Made by a program: the position numbers and the translations under genes. Under the pieces are notes generated by a model. The model was not told where the DNA came from, ran no database searches, and saw nothing but the letters and a program-made list of their open reading frames with translations. Shown here piece after piece: positions 14,190-29,074 of a stretch of 64,000 nt of DNA (position 1 is its first letter; each line of letters opens with the position of its first letter). Origin of the DNA: Octopus sinensis. Its lineage: Eukaryota. Where the stretch lies: assembly GCF_006345805.1 (NCBI RefSeq), contig NC_042997.1:161634001-161698000 (forward strand). The letters are read 5' to 3'.

Positions 14190-15515
14190 TACTCATAATA
14201 AAGACCGGTACAAAAAACATTGAAATAGAGCAGTTATCAAAATAGATAAATTTAATCATGAACACACCTGTCATTAGAATATATCGGAAAGAATAAGGAC
14301 AGGAAGATTATATAGTCAAAATAGGATATGAAATATTAGTTTCCTTAGCTCATGTTAATAATTTATACAAACATATAACAATAATTATGATTACATAAAA
14401 AACATAAACTAGTAGTATGTGTGATCAATTTGTTGAATCATAATAAAATACATCTCGTTAATTTTCATAGCCATTCTTGGAATGTATAGCAACATTTCTA
14501 ATCAGAAAACTAATTGTAGAGCTACCTGGATACACTTCCTAATACACTTCCTAATACTTAAATATAAGAAATGGGGAAACTTGTGAAGGATGCAGCAAAC
14601 TTTAAAAAAACAACCCTTGAGCTCTCACAAATTTTCAAAAGAAATATCTTCAGTACATTTCAGAATAGGACAACTGTTTTAACAAAATAACTTAAAATAG
14701 CTCAAATAAATGGTTAACTACTGAATAATAGAATAAAAAATATCTTTCAAAGGTCACTGATGCAATTGCAAATAAAAAAGAAAACAGAAGAGTCCTTTAT
14801 AACTGCAATCCAGCATAAGGAAGAAGCAATCAATAATTGCATCATTATCAAAGAATTATTATTAGCTCAACTAAGACGTGTCTGAAGTTAACAACAGGCC
14901 TTTAGTTACCTGTCAAGTTTCTTTATGATAATCTAAAAACATTCTAACTAAACCACTGTTTATAGTTGCTCTCTGAGATATCTTTACATCTATTAGAAAA
15001 GCCAGTCTCACAAGTTATAATACCAAAGTATCAGGGGTAAACAATGCAATCTGATGTCAACAAATCATAAGGGCTTAATTTTATATACTTGCGGTCTAAT
15101 GAAAACAACTTGCAATTCAATACTAGAAAGTTTCAAATACTTGGCTACCAGGTATGTAATACTTAGCAACCTAGATAGGATATAGTGTTATCCCACAGCC
15201 AGATATATAAGACCTTCGAAATGCATAATTTTCTGCACATATAACTAAAGTGTGAGTAAAAAATAGATGCCTGATAGGAAAGCTCCAGTAAACATTTAGA
15301 ACAATGGTGGTTCTCAGCAAGACTGTATGGATTCAACTGTTTAGAATTTGTTCAGAGCTATGATCTCTTGAAATGTCAACTTGAATGCTGACCAGGAAGT
15401 TTTACTGCAACACAGCTGCTTGTTTACAGAAGACAGATGAAGAAGAGACTTATAAATGGATGGGTTACCATGAAAATTTGTCATGAAAGATATGCAAATC
15501 CTCAAACTAGATACC
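14190..15515 (+). mobile_element. Possible highly decayed LINE remnant
   Basis: A-rich strand bias and an RATWIH-like endonuclease motif near 14520; no continuous ORF; boundaries approximate. Confidence 0.3.
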
Positions 15516-15617
15516 ATTGCATAATGAAGAGGGTTTCCAAATTTTCCTCCAGTTAGGAATAGATGATGAAATGAATATAGATTCTGTTAAACATTCAAGA
15601 TTTAATTGGAAGCATAC

Positions 15618-15884
15618 CTTGCACAGACAATGTTGCAGATGTAGACACATCACCTGCCACACAAGAATATTCTCCCATATCTTCCAAAGTAACATTTTCA
15701 ATAATTAATTGATGAACCTTCTTATCAGCAACAATCTTCAAGTGATTATCACTTTTGATTTCTTTTCCATCCTTTTTCCAAATGACTTTTATGTTTTCCT
15801 TTGACAATTCACATAGTAAAACAGCTTTTTCCTTCTCAGCCACATTAATATTTGTTAATTTCTTTGTAAATTCAGGTTTTATTT
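15618..15884 (-). CDS. OBSCN: Array Ig exon (267 nt, phase 1/1)
   Basis: AG/GT intact, open frame EIKPEF...SATLSVQ. Confidence 0.9.
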
Positions 15885-16204
15885 CTAAACAAATATGAGT
15901 TTTTATTAGCAGACATCACATGGACAGTAAAAAAAGTGACATAACATAAACAAAACATACATTAATTTTTGCACATATAGAATAGATAAAAGTGTTACTA
16001 TCACAGAGCACAATTAAGTGAAATACATCAACATTAATGCTACAAAACACTATAACAATATTTAAGCACAAAATATCTTCAAACTTGTAAGAAATCAACA
16101 GTATTTACAATGTTATTTTGTAACCATTCTAAGGTCCACATGAGAGTGGATGTCATATAGAGGATATATGCATGGTTTATCATTTTATGGAATATTTACA
16201 TATA

Positions 16205-17134
16205 CCGGGTGTTCAGGCTAAATTTGTGTTTTTATGTTTACTTTTTACATATACTATTTCATGAATCATATTCTATAATGTTACTTTTTTCAGAAATAGC
16301 TTGATGTGTTAGGGAAAAGTAAATCGTGTTGGAGAACATAAAATTAAAGTTGTAGTTATGAAAGAGATGACACGGAAGACCAGAAACAATCTGAATATTG
16401 TAGAAGAATTACTTGTATCATCATGATTCACTCTGGATATCAAAATGCCAACATCTTGACTGCTGTTCAACTTTCTGTGAACACAATATAAGTTGTAAGA
16501 CATGACATGGACAGCTACGATGGAGACTATACAAAACTATAGCCAGCATGAAGGGATACAGCAGGCTTTCTGACTGTGTCTGCATGCCAAGATTCATCCC
16601 TACATCTTTGAACAGGGCCATAGGTTCAGTTCAGATGGCTATGTGAAGTTAGAAGATATTGTGGTCAATCCCTGGCAGGAGAGGGTTGCTGCTGGAAGGC
16701 CATATGTGTGGCAGCAGGATTTGACTCCTTGCCCATTCTTCCAGAAAGAGTCAGAAGTGGATACTAGAGAATTTCTATGACTTTACCAACCCCAACTTCT
16801 GGATTTCTCATTCCCCTAATTGTAATCCCTTGGACTACTATGTATGGGGTATGGTTGAGAAAGACACCAACCACTCTGTCTACAACACCAAGGCTGAACT
16901 GGTGGCCAAGGTCTAGAAAGTGTTCAAAGATCTTGGCAGGGCCACAGTGAGGAACATATGTTCTAAGTTTCAGGCTTGTCTTGAGGCTGTGGTAAAAGCT
17001 GAGGGCAGCTACTTTAAGTAAACTGTTATCTCCCAGTTGATATATTTGGATTTTTTAAAAACTCTGTTTTTTGAAAGGATATTGTGTCTTATTTTCTTTT
17101 TATGCAAAGTGTTAAATTTAATCTGAACACCCTG
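16205..17134 (+). mobile_element. Decayed, internally deleted maT/Tc1-like transposon
   Basis: TIRs C(C/A)GGGTGTTCAG..TAAATTT; remnants YVWQQD and SP.CNPLDYYVW. Confidence 0.8.
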
Positions 17135-17211
17135 AATGTATAGAAGTGTGTGTGAGTTGTGTGTGTGTGTGTGTGTGTGTGTGTGCACGTTCATGCTTGC
17201 ATGTGTGTAAG

Positions 17212-17249
<38 letters not shown>

Positions 17250-17611
17250 GGAAGCAAGAATATTGCAAGTGCAGCATATCAACATGTTGATAACTGATAT
17301 TGTTCTAATATTGAAGGAAAAGTAAACAATTATGTGAATAACAAAATAATGACTCTAGACATAAACATTTGTGCCATGAAGAAATGACTTGCTGACCAGT
17401 GTCAGCCAGCTTCACTTGATATAAATATCAGTCACCTCTACATTTATAAATAGTATATGACTTGTTATGTAACCAAAAGAACAATTCATCAATTTCCCAA
17501 AAGCATTTCTAATTTACCAAATGGTAATATCACTGGTACTTATGTCTACTGGAAAAAGGTTGGCAAGGGATGTGAAAGGCATTTTTTGCAAAGAACCAGC
17601 CATTAATATTT

Positions 17612-17858
17612 GAACAATGTGGCTGAGCTATATACATCCCCTGCTTGACAAGAATACTGTTCTCCTGTATCTTACAAACTAGCATTTTCATTAATCAGGT
17701 GATGATCTTTTCAAGCAGTTATCAGTTTTGGTACCTTTACCATTCTATTTCCATGTGATTTTGAATTTTCTTTTGACAATTATTCAAAGAGTGGAAGTTT
17801 TTCTCCATTCTTATTCACTTCAATGCTTCTTAATTTATTTGATATTTCAACTTTAATT
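17612..17858 (-). pseudogene. Heavily decayed Ig pseudo-exon
   Basis: Recognisable array sequence (caatgtggctga...caagaata...ttccatgtga...tttgacaatt) with indels and lost splice sites. Confidence 0.75.
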
Positions 17859-18179
17859 GCAAATATAAATTTCCAAATATCAATTGGAAAGAACAACAAA
17901 GAGCAATATTATACAAAAGGCATTAAAAGTGATTTACAGTGAATAACAATGAATGCTACAATTACAAGGAGACATATCAATATAAAAGCTAAAGCATATT
18001 ACAAAGTAACATTTAAGCAACAAATATCTTCTAAATTCATACAATAAATGTGATTATCAATAATGGAAATTTCTAAGCATCTTACCATTAAATCAATGAG
18101 AGATGCAATTATTTGCAAGATGATACTTGCACAGATGTATCTTTTGAAATATTTACACACACACATGCATTGCACTCAG

Positions 18180-18211
<32 letters not shown>

Positions 18212-18674
18212 CTGTATATTTGAGTGAGCTTATGCAAGTTAATTGTTCATATAGAACAATATTTTGAAAATACTCTGTACATTGCCCTATATTAATATTT
18301 TGTAATTCTGAAAGACATAGAAAAAAGATTTGAGCTCAACTAGAATAATCATATACATATTTGATTACTGTAATCGAAAGAAAACACTATAATGACTTCA
18401 AATATATATGTAACATTTAATAACCTTGATTACTAGAAATACTGAATAATGTAACTGTTTCTTCAATGTTGTTTGCCAAAACAGACTTGAAAGACAAAAT
18501 TTTTTATCAAAGCAATAATACATATAAAACAATTAGATCACAACTAAAAGCCCAGTAGAACAATATTTGGCAAACAGTACTGTTTTGACACTGAAACCAA
18601 AATATAAACATGTGGAAAACAAAATAATGATACTAGATATACATATTGTGACCATTAAGATATGATGCGCTCAT

Positions 18675-18704
18675 CTGTACCAGGTTCTCCTACAGAAGGT
18701 TAGT
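18675..18704 (-). pseudogene. Dead linker micro-exon
   Basis: 30 nt, in-frame TAA, donor GT changed to AT. Confidence 0.75.
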
Positions 18705-18895
18705 CTGCAGGGTATAAATGAATATCTATCCCCTTCACCTTTATCATACCAATAAGTACAAATTACAAGTTTCCTACAAAGATTTTCTTTGGCAATTATT
18801 TTTCTGATTAATAATGGTTAGCAAGGTACATGGGAAAAAAATCAAAATATTTCACTGCAAAGAACTTGATGTTTCTATTGTATAAACAGGCATAC

Positions 18896-19162
18896 CTTCC
18901 ACAGATAATGTGGCTGATGTAGACACATCACCTGCCACACAAGTGTAGTCTCCTTTATCTTGCAAAGTAACATTCTCAATAATCAATTGGTGAACTTTCT
19001 TATCGGCAACAATCTTCAAGTGACTATCACTTTTGATTTCTTTGCCACTCTTCTTCCATTTGACTTTTTTGTTTTCTTTTGACAACTCACAAAGCAAAAC
19101 AGCTTTTTCTTTTTCTTTCACTTTAATATTTACTAATTTCTTTGTAAATTCAGGTTTTAGTT
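18896..19162 (-). CDS. OBSCN: Array Ig exon
   Basis: 267 nt, AG/GT intact, open frame. Confidence 0.9.
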
Positions 19163-19746
19163 CTAAGGGAAAACAATCCACAATTAGCAAACAATCACAT
19201 GGACATCAGAAAGCATGACATGAAAACAAAATAGAGGATATTTCAAAACTATGAGACAAATCAAACATATCAAAGTTAGAGCTACAACACACTACAAAAC
19301 AATATGAAAACAACATTCATCTTTAAAATTTGTACTAGAGTTTATGCTATCTGTATTGAAATGTTCTAACTGTTTTACTAATAACTAGATACAAAATGCT
19401 ACAAGATCTATCTTTGTGTTTGAATGAGTGTGTGTGTGTGTGGGGGGGGGGTTCATACTCAAAAGTCTGAATACAAAACAGGAATTTAGTATTTTTCTCA
19501 TGATTTGACATAAATCTACAGACCACTGAATATTTTCAAGTCTCCTAGATATGTTCAAGTAACTAAGTTAATTTATACTCCTTATTATGATATATGTGTA
19601 ACAAAGGATTATTTTATAAGTTTATTTTTTACTGATATTTCTGATGCTGCAAGATATCTCAATACGTTATACAGTTCAGGATTTGTCATCAGGTAAGAGA
19701 TCTCTGACTATTACATTGACAGTGGACTTACATTTAAATATATATA

Positions 19747-19784
<38 letters not shown>

Positions 19785-20360
19785 GCAACTAAAGTTTTAA
19801 GCTCCCTGGAAGACTTTTCTTTGATTTCATCAGGCAATCCAAGAAAAAAAATAAGGAATAAATATCCAAGATCAGTTGCAACTTTGGAAGGATCATAAGG
19901 AAGACTGAGGAGGACTGGTTTAAAATGGGACTTATTAATGAACCATCCATAAAACAATTTGCCTCTAATGCATTTTTCATTTGTTATTCTTCAAACTCAA
20001 ATATATTTCCATTTAAAAGTTACAAAGTGTCAAGATATATCCATCCATTATCATATTTGAGGAGTTATTTTGTGAAAGTAAGAATTTGTGAAAGTATGAA
20101 CTAATATGGGGCCTGAAGATACAACCATTAATTTTGAAACCTACTTTGGAATTCTGAAGAAGTTGCTTACTGATATGAACCTTTATAATTGCACAACCTT
20201 CTGACAGGATGGTGTATGCCTCTTTCTGCATAATGTAGAAAAAACTGATTTAGAACTAATGATAATACTCTATGGGTTAAATGTTCAGGATTATCTCCTA
20301 ACCTGGTTCCTGTAGAAATGCAACAATTCTTCCTCACTTTTGGATTAAAAACTACTGACA
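19785..20360 (-). mobile_element. Possible decayed Penelope-like reverse transcriptase fragment
   Basis: FRPHISS and GSLISPIL resemble PLE RT motifs RPIIS and GSPLSPIL; fragmented. Confidence 0.35.
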
Positions 20361-20662
20361 CAGGAGATAAACCCAGGAGACAAATATTAAAATTTAATCA
20401 GAAGTATGCATTAAATCATTGACACTTTACTGGAGATAAAGTGGTTTCATAAAAAGTCATGAGAAGTAATTTGAATGTTTATACTTTTGTAAATTATTTC
20501 CAGATTATCTGCTGTTTAAGTTATAAAATATATTCCTTCCATCTACATTATCAATTATAATACCAAACCATATTTTACATCTATGTATTCATCCTTGGGA
20601 CCAGACCAGGAGAGTGCAGACTTACACACACACACACACAGACAGGTATTTAAATATATATG

Positions 20663-20696
<34 letters not shown>

Positions 20697-21336
20697 CATG
20701 CATGCGTGTGTGTGTGAGTGAGTGTACATGAAAACATTCCATATATTGGGGTACATTTACCATTTATTAATTGTTGAATTTCATAGATTGTAAGACATAG
20801 AAAACAATTTTTATAAATAATAGAATATACTTATGAAAATACTATGATGACTCCTAATTGTTACTTACTATTTAATTATCTTATTTAAAATAAATATTGA
20901 AGTCAAAAGTAAAATAATGATATGGTTTTTCAGTGTGTATACTATGTTACACTTCATAAGCACTCATGTGTATCAAAGTAGTGTTTTATATTAGAAATAG
21001 GTACACAGCTATTCATCTCAATGAAGCAATAGTTGAGAAACAGTATCATTGTGATACTAGCGAACATAAACACAGTTTTGTAGATAACAAAAATGACAGA
21101 AGATATACACTTTGGTGTTATTCAGATATGACACACCTGCCAGTGTCTGACTCTTCTAGAAGGTAGCTCTGCAAGTTATAAATAAATAAAAATCCACTTC
21201 ATACTTATAAATAATACAATATTTTCTTGTCAACTGTATTGGCATTATTGCTGGAAATTATTTTTATGAATATTTTACCTCAAAGAAATATTATACCACA
21301 AAGAACCAACTACTTCTAATATATAAATAAGCATAC

Positions 21337-21603
21337 CTTCCACAGACAATGTGGCTGATGTAGACACATCACCTGCCACACAAGAATATTCTCCCATATC
21401 TTCCAAAGTAACATTTTCAATAATCAGTTGGTGAACCATCTTATCAGTAACAATTTTCATGTGACTATTAGTTTTTATTTCTTTGCCTTTCTTCTTCCAT
21501 GTAACTTTCATGTTTTCTTTTGACAATTCACATTGTAAAACCACTTTTACATTTTCTTTCACTTTAATATTTGTTAATTTCTTTGTAAATTCGGGTTTTA
21601 TTT
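21337..21603 (-). CDS. OBSCN: Array Ig exon
   Basis: 267 nt, AG/GT intact, open frame. Confidence 0.9.
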
Positions 21604-21941
21604 CTGAATAAACATGAGCTACTATTAGCAAACATCATATAAACAAAAGGAGAGAAAGAATGATATGGCATACATAGAACATACAGGTGACTTACATGCA
21701 ATTGACATGTTACAATTTTGGCTAAGAAGAGAAACACACAAACATTACAAACATTAGAGCTAAATAACACCACACAACGATAGATAATCTACAAATGTCT
21801 TTGGAATTTGTATTAAAATTTATACACTCTCCACTGCAAATTTGTAAAAACATTCTACTGTTAACATGATGAAAGATGTTATCTGTCATAAGGTGATATG
21901 CAAATAGCTACAATTTAATTCTTTATGACATGCTGCTGCTG

Positions 21942-21983
<42 letters not shown>

Positions 21984-22170
21984 ATTCATCATCATCATCA
22001 TCATCATCTAATTTCCTTTTTTCCATGGTAGCACAGTGCAGACAAGACAACAGGTTGTGCTAATTTCTAATGTCTGTTTTAGCATGGTTTCTACAGCTGG
22101 ATACCCTTCCTAATGCAGGCACTTCACAGAGTTTACTGGGTACTTTTTATTTGCTACCAGCACTGGTAAA
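21942..22170 (-). mobile_element. (CAT)n tail plus RTE-type 3' end fragment
   Basis: Shares tttccatg..agca and tttctacagctggat..cc.t.ctaa.gc with the LINE 3' UTR at 4900-5010. Confidence 0.65.
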
Positions 22171-22227
22171 GTTATCAAGTGCCCAAAAAGACACACTTCA
22201 TGAAAGTATTTATATATATATATATAT

Positions 22228-22518
22228 TCTTTTGGTCTTTTGGCTGCAGGTATGCTGGAGCACCACCTTGAAAGGATTTAGACAAACAAATCAACCTTAA
22301 ATGTCAAGCTGTGATGGGAGGACAAATACAGACACAAAGACACACACACATACACATATGACAGGCTTCTGTCAGTATCCATCTATCAAATCCACTCACA
22401 AGGCTTTGGTCAGCCCAAGGCTACAGTAGAAAGCACTTGCCCAAGGTGCCAGCAGTGGGACTGAACCCAGAACCATGTGGTTAGGAAGCAAGTTTCTTAC
22501 CACACAGCCACACCTGTG

Positions 22519-22520
<2 letters not shown>
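22228..22520 (-). mobile_element. tRNA-derived SINE
   Basis: Minus-strand head GGCACAGGTGTGGCTGTGTGG (A box) ... GGTTCAGTCCC (B box), internal (CA)n. Confidence 0.8.
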
Positions 22521-22558
<38 letters not shown>

Positions 22559-22750
22559 ATGGAGCATGGCCTACTTGTTAGGGTGTTGCATGCACAACAA
22601 CAATGTCATGTGTTTGGATTATGTATTGTATATTTAAAAAAAAACACTTCAACTCGCCTTGTGCTGCAATCACTACAAGCAACGTCAATTTGTGAGAGGA
22701 GTTGAGCTAGTGTGCAGCTCAAACATTAGATCACAGTAAGCATATATGTA

Positions 22751-22855
<105 letters not shown>

Positions 22856-22982
22856 ATATATATATATGTATATATATGTACACACACACACTCACATTTA
22901 TATATATATAGATTCCTATTGTCTTAAAGAACAGGGTCAATAAAAAAGATTTTTCTGTCCACAATAAAAAGAAAAACTATTA

Positions 22983-23302
22983 ATAGTTTCATGTTGTAGA
23001 GATACAATAATTACACAGACTTATATAAAAAGCCAAGAAGTCTTTCAGACTCATTGCATACCATTAGACATATTTGAAAACCAGGATGCTAGTGTATGAA
23101 GAAACATGAAATAAAAATGGGAAGAAAATCATATCAATCTTCTTCATATTTTTTTCCCATTTTGTTCACATGTTTCTCATAGACCAACATCCTGATTTTC
23201 AAATAGGTTAATTGGTATGCACTGAGCCCAAAAGATTGCTTGGAGATATATGACTATTATGTAAATCTGTTAAATTATCGTATCTTTATAGCATGAAGCT
23301 AT
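22983..23302. repeat. Degenerate ~320 bp palindrome (foldback/MITE-like)
   Basis: atagtttcatgttgtagagatacaataatt pairs with aattatcgtatctttatagcatgaagctat; tgcatacca/tggtatgca; aaaatggga/tcccatttt. Confidence 0.8.
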
Positions 23303-24219
23303 GAGTAGCTCTTTTAAAATTGTGTGTGTGTGTTTTTAATATCAGATACTTTATAACCAGCAATTTCTTATTAGTAAGCATGTGAGCCGGTGCAACTTGT
23401 GCATAGTTAGACTGTTAATGAGAAAATCTGCAACTCCTAAAAGTTTGCTTGGTGAAGAGTGTGACATTTGGACAACCCTGTAGGAAGAAAACTAAATCTC
23501 ATCAAAGGGTAGATGAACTCAAGAGAATTATCCATTATAAATTAGTGTATATAAATGCATATATATCAGGATTTGTATATAAATGTAAATTCACATGGAT
23601 TTAGAACACTCACACTTTAAACCTGCTGTTGGTTCAGACACCATGTCATCCAAGTGCTTGTCTTTATAGAATTTGATGTACAGATACATTTTGCACTTTC
23701 ATTCTCATCTAACAAACAAGTTTCTTAGAGCCAAAGACAGATTACAATCATATTATAGCAGCGATTAGTAGCAATCTTATATATATATGACAATTAAATG
23801 TCATTCATTCTGTAGGTTCTACATCTGTGAGAGCAGTGCAGGAGTACCAAAATCAGGGAATAGTTTTACTTTTAATTGTATAGTATTGTAAACATGACTA
23901 TGTTCTAATTTTATCTATTTTACAAAAAAGGTACTTGCATATACATATTTATTTATATATGCATGCACGTATCTCAGTATGTAAATGATTAATGCTCTAC
24001 AGAATACTATCTCATAGATATTACATACAAATGCACTTAAATATATACATATATAAAATATGTACATATATTCATGCCATAGATAGAGAAATATGTAGAT
24101 AGAGAGAGTGAGAGAAAGACAGACTAAAATCAATAGCAGGTTTCAATTGTGAATATTTTTCCACTGTGTGGATCTAAATTTATATACAAATGCTGGTGTA
24201 TACACAGACACACACACAC

Positions 24220-24710
24220 TATAAGACATTATAGCACATCCCTGGCCAGCAACATGTGGCACCTCAAGGATAAAGGCATGTCATATGCAATTAAATGGAG
24301 GTTCCTTGAACAGCCCTATATAAACAGGTGCAGGTGATGCAAGTTTTGCATAGCAGAGCAGGCAAGTGTCCAAAAAGATTCACTACACCCAAAGACCCTG
24401 CTAAATTCCAGAGAAGAGGTCTTCAGACCTTGTCCTCATTTTAAAGACTACCTACTGCAAGTGTGGGATTTCCTGTTCATTGATTAGAGCCATAAAAAAT
24501 TTGTCAACTGGAACTGATCTAAGGGTGGTAACCCTATCCCACCTAAGGTTTGGACAATATCTTTTTTTGTTGTTTACAAAATTAACTGACCATAATGTTT
24601 TTTACTCCAATTTCAAAAGAAGTTATATGCTTATGGCCATTAGAGCCTGACAAACTGTCTATAAGCCTTGATGCTTCATAGATACAAAACCATTGGTCAC
24701 TCTATGACTG
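24220..24710 (+). mobile_element. Penelope-like element C-terminal (GIY-YIG region) fragment
   Basis: TSLAS.MWHLK......IKW...C..C...LLNSREEVF.PCPH pattern. Confidence 0.65.
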
Positions 24711-24734
24711 GCCATATAATTAACTTCCTATACA

Positions 24735-24802
<68 letters not shown>

Positions 24803-24803
24803 G

Positions 24804-24990
24804 AAAGCATATGGCTCAGTGACTCCAGTTCACTCAGCTGGTAAAAGTGAGTCGTAGCTCTGTTACATTGTGTCTCACTGAATTTCTCTGATAACAATGT
24901 TAAGGGTACATGTGTTTGGAGGCTCAGCCACTTGCACATTAATTTCATGAACAGACTGTTCCGTTCAACTGGAATACTCATTGCCTTTAC
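24804..24990 (+). mobile_element. Internally deleted SINE
   Basis: TGGCTCAGTG A-box head fused to ctccagttcactcagctg core; complementary core seen in the SINE at 63400-63630. Confidence 0.55.
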
Positions 24991-25039
24991 CAATAAAGTG
25001 CCAGTATTATATCATCATCATCATTATCATCTGCTTTCC

Positions 25040-25070
<31 letters not shown>

Positions 25071-25079
25071 ATATATACT

Positions 25080-25121
<42 letters not shown>

Positions 25122-25547
25122 TGGACTTTTAAAGTTCACTCTACATTTTTAAAATCAAATCTATCATACAACTTATGCAACAACCTAAGCTTTGATAGAT
25201 TTACGTAGATATCAAAATAATAAAGCATTTCAGAAGGAAGTATATTGCAAATATACCATGGTATATTCATAACTGACAAACAATATAGTTGTAGTATTGA
25301 TGCCAAAATACATATAGTTATATGGAAAACAAAATAAGGAGCTGATATACACTCTGGCAACCCCATAGAATAACAGACTGAGATGATTCAGACTCTCCCA
25401 CAATAACCACTAAAGTATTTCTTTTTCTGAATTATGGTAAAATTGATGGCAGTTGCTGTATCTTTAGTAAGAGTTAGTAAAATACGTGACAAGGAATATA
25501 AAATATATCCCTCCAAACTACTACTTCTAATATACAAACAAGTGTAC

Positions 25548-25814
25548 CTTCCACAGACAATGTGGCTGATGTAGACACATCACCTGCCACACAAGCGTAG
25601 TCTCCTTTATCTTGCAAAGTAACATTTTCAATAATCAATTGGTGAACCTTCTTATTGGCAACAATCTTCAAGTGACTATCACTTTTGATTTCTTTGCCAT
25701 TCTTTTTCCATGTGACTTTAACATTTTCCTTTGACAATTCACATAGCAAAACAGCCTTTTCTTTCTCTTTCATTTTAATGTTTGCTAATTTCTTTGTAAA
25801 TTCAGGTTTTATTT
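25548..25814 (-). CDS. OBSCN: Array Ig exon
   Basis: 267 nt, AG/GT intact, open frame. Confidence 0.9.
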
Positions 25815-26269
25815 CTAAAGAAAAACATGCAAGTTTTACCAGGCATCTCATAGAGAGAAATGAGAGATAGGAAGAGAACAACATTATACACACAGAACAA
25901 AGGATTTTGTAGCTACATATTTTACAATTAGAAGTACAATTATAATTTTAATTGCAGTATATTCACATACATGAATATTAAAGATACAATGTACTATGCA
26001 TTGATATTCAAACAGAATTTAACCGTTAAGTATTATATCATAATTCAGACTTCTAAACATGCTAATGCTAACTTAGTTCAGGACATGATATATCTTTAAA
26101 GTGACATACAAATGATTTGTGAATATTAACATATAAATGTTTTTATTTAAGATATCACACTCTATAGAGTATACTGCAGTACTTGTAGAATTTTTTAAAG
26201 AATGGCACAAGAAATTCAATATATTTCCTTGCAACAAACTAACTATTACTAATATACAAACAAGCGTAC

Positions 26270-26536
26270 CTTCCACAGATAATGTGGCTGATGTGGACAC
26301 ATCACCTGCCACACAGGAATATTCCCCTATATCTTGCAATGTAACATTTTCAATTATCAATTGGTGAACCTTCTTATCGGCAACAATCTTCAAGTGATTA
26401 TCACTTTTGATTTCTTTGCCATTCTTTTTCCAAATGACTTTTGTGTTTTCCTTTGATATTTCACACAGAAAGACAACTTTTTCCATTTCTTTCACTTTAA
26501 TATTTGTTAATTTCTTTGTAAATTCAGGTTTTAGTT
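26270..26536 (-). CDS. OBSCN: Array Ig exon
   Basis: 267 nt, AG/GT intact, open frame. Confidence 0.9.
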
Positions 26537-27477
26537 CTAAGGGAAAACAAGCTATAATTACTAAGCATCACAGAATCACAAGTGAAAAAGAGAGGGACAA
26601 AGAAAGAGAACAAACATGTTACATAAAAAACATAAAGGTCTCAGACTATAAAGTAGTTACATATTCTATGGATAGGTTTACAAGTCAAATACATAAATAC
26701 TAGAGATGCAACACACTTCCTAATAATATTCAAGCAACGATTATCTTCAAAATTTTGTTATATATACTTAATTATCTGAATTGGAAATATCTCTGATGCA
26801 GAATGTTATATGTTGTAAAGAGATATGCACATTGTTACATATAGTTTTAATATTTAAGAAATATCAGCAAATGAATGTTTTCATATAGGAAAACAACCAA
26901 TTCTATACTGTATATAGCTGTACAGTTTGCATGTTGTAGACTATCTTTAATTATATATAAACTATAAATAACAGGTGCATATATTTATCACTTTGTTATT
27001 TGAAGAAAACCTTGTAAAGGCTACAGACAGACATGTTATTTTTAATTACCTAGTTTATTGTAAATATTGTGAAAGAAAAAAATGACAATACACTGTATCT
27101 TCAATGTATATGCCGTATTTCATTTGAAAGGCTAACAAGTATGTAAAGCAAAGTTTTCTTTATCATACAAAACTATCACAAATGGAAGCACAATATAGTT
27201 AAAGCTGACAAACAATATTGTCATATAGTATCCTAAGTAAACGAATTTATAGCAACACTAGACATGTACATTAGTGTCATAAAGACATAACACATGCAGC
27301 AAAATTACCTGAAAATGTATATATAAATTTAGCACAATTTAAAAAATTACCTCAGAAATTTCTTTTGCACACTTTGGAAATAATGGAGAAAACCATCTGA
27401 TTTACTGATTCATGTAACAAAAAAATTCAAAACGTTTCCCCACAAAATATCTAATTCTAATATACAAACAAGCATAC

Positions 27478-27744
27478 CTTCCACAGATAATGTGGCTGAT
27501 GTAGACACATCACTTGCCACACAAGAATATTCTCCAATATCTTGCAAAGTAACATTCTCAATAATCAGTTGATGAACTTTCATATCGGCAACAATCTTCA
27601 AGTGATTATCACTTTTGATTTCTTTGCTATTCTTTTTCCATGTGACTTTAACATTTTCCTTTGATAATTCACACAGTAAGACAGCCTTTTCTTGCTCTTT
27701 CACTTTAATATTTTCTAATTTCTTTGTAAATTCCGGTTTTATTT
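27478..27744 (-). CDS. OBSCN: Array Ig exon
   Basis: 267 nt, AG/GT intact, open frame. Confidence 0.9.
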
Positions 27745-27787
27745 CTAAGAAAAAACAAGCAACAATTACCAAATACAACATGAAGAT

Positions 27788-27841
<54 letters not shown>

Positions 27842-28635
27842 AGAGCACATGCAAAATATTTTGAGGTATAAAGCAGCTCTTTACCAAACTAGTTTTACAA
27901 CTCAAACATGAATATAACAGACACACCACACTATACAACGACAATCAAGAAGTAGTTATTTTCTTAATTTGTATCATACTTCCCAATATTTATAGTCTAC
28001 AGTTAACATGATATAGGATGCAATATGCAGAATGAAACATATTGGGTCATATATTCCTTTAATATTCAGAAAATGTAACCAAGTTGATGTTTTCATATAG
28101 AATCATTTAGAATAAATTTCATAGAATATATTACCATATGATTTGATTTGATTTGATTTTTCCAGTTTCAGCTAATGAGCTGTCGCCATGCTGGGGCACC
28201 GCCATTTAATATGCTTAATATTTCACGAAGAAATTAAAGCATTTGATAACTAAAGAACATATATGCACACATTCATAAAAGTCTGAATGGCTACAAAAAA
28301 AATGTAGTAACTAATTACCAATATTGTAAATATTTTAAAATGAAAATTTATGTTACTGTTTTTTCTGTGTGTATACCAGAATTACAACAATAGGCTAATA
28401 AGTGTATCGAAGCAATGCACTTAACAGTGAAAGCCAATCAGATACATTTATGGTTGAAACACAATAGTTATCACATTCCAGCCATATTTAACAAACTTTC
28501 TCAATTTCACATACACATCACCGGAATATTGTTGAAAATTATGTTTATTAATAGTAAACGTTATTCACGTTCATGACAAAACAATTCAAAACATTTTCCC
28601 CCAAATAATTACTTCTAATATACAAACAAGCATAC

Positions 28636-28902
28636 CTTCCACAGATAATGTGGCTGATGTAGACACATCACCTGCTACACAAGAATATTCTCCTATATCT
28701 TGTAAATTAGCATTATCGATAATCAGTTGGTGAACCTTCTTATCGACAACAATCTTCAAGTGATTATCACTTTTGATTTCTTTGCCGTTCTTTTTCCATG
28801 TGACTTTGATGTTTTCCTTTGACAATTCACATATTAAAACAGCCTTTTCTTTCTCTTTCACTTTAATATTTGTTAGTTTCTTTGTGAATTCAGGTTTTAA
28901 TT
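28636..28902 (-). CDS. OBSCN: Array Ig exon
   Basis: 267 nt, AG/GT intact, open frame. Confidence 0.9.
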
Positions 28903-28968
28903 CTAGAGGGAAAACAAGTAACAGTTACCAAACATCACGCGGTCACAAGGGAGACAGAAAAAGAGAGA

Positions 28969-29012
<44 letters not shown>

Positions 29013-29074
29013 CAGAAAGCAGTATGATAGACAAAGAATATACAAAAAGTTTTGAAGCAGAAAATAGCTACGTA

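Noticed and set aside
24640-24705. Hammerhead ribozyme at the end of the Penelope-like fragment
   Set aside because: Core CTGAnGA/GAAA is not intact (ctgacaa...caaaac)
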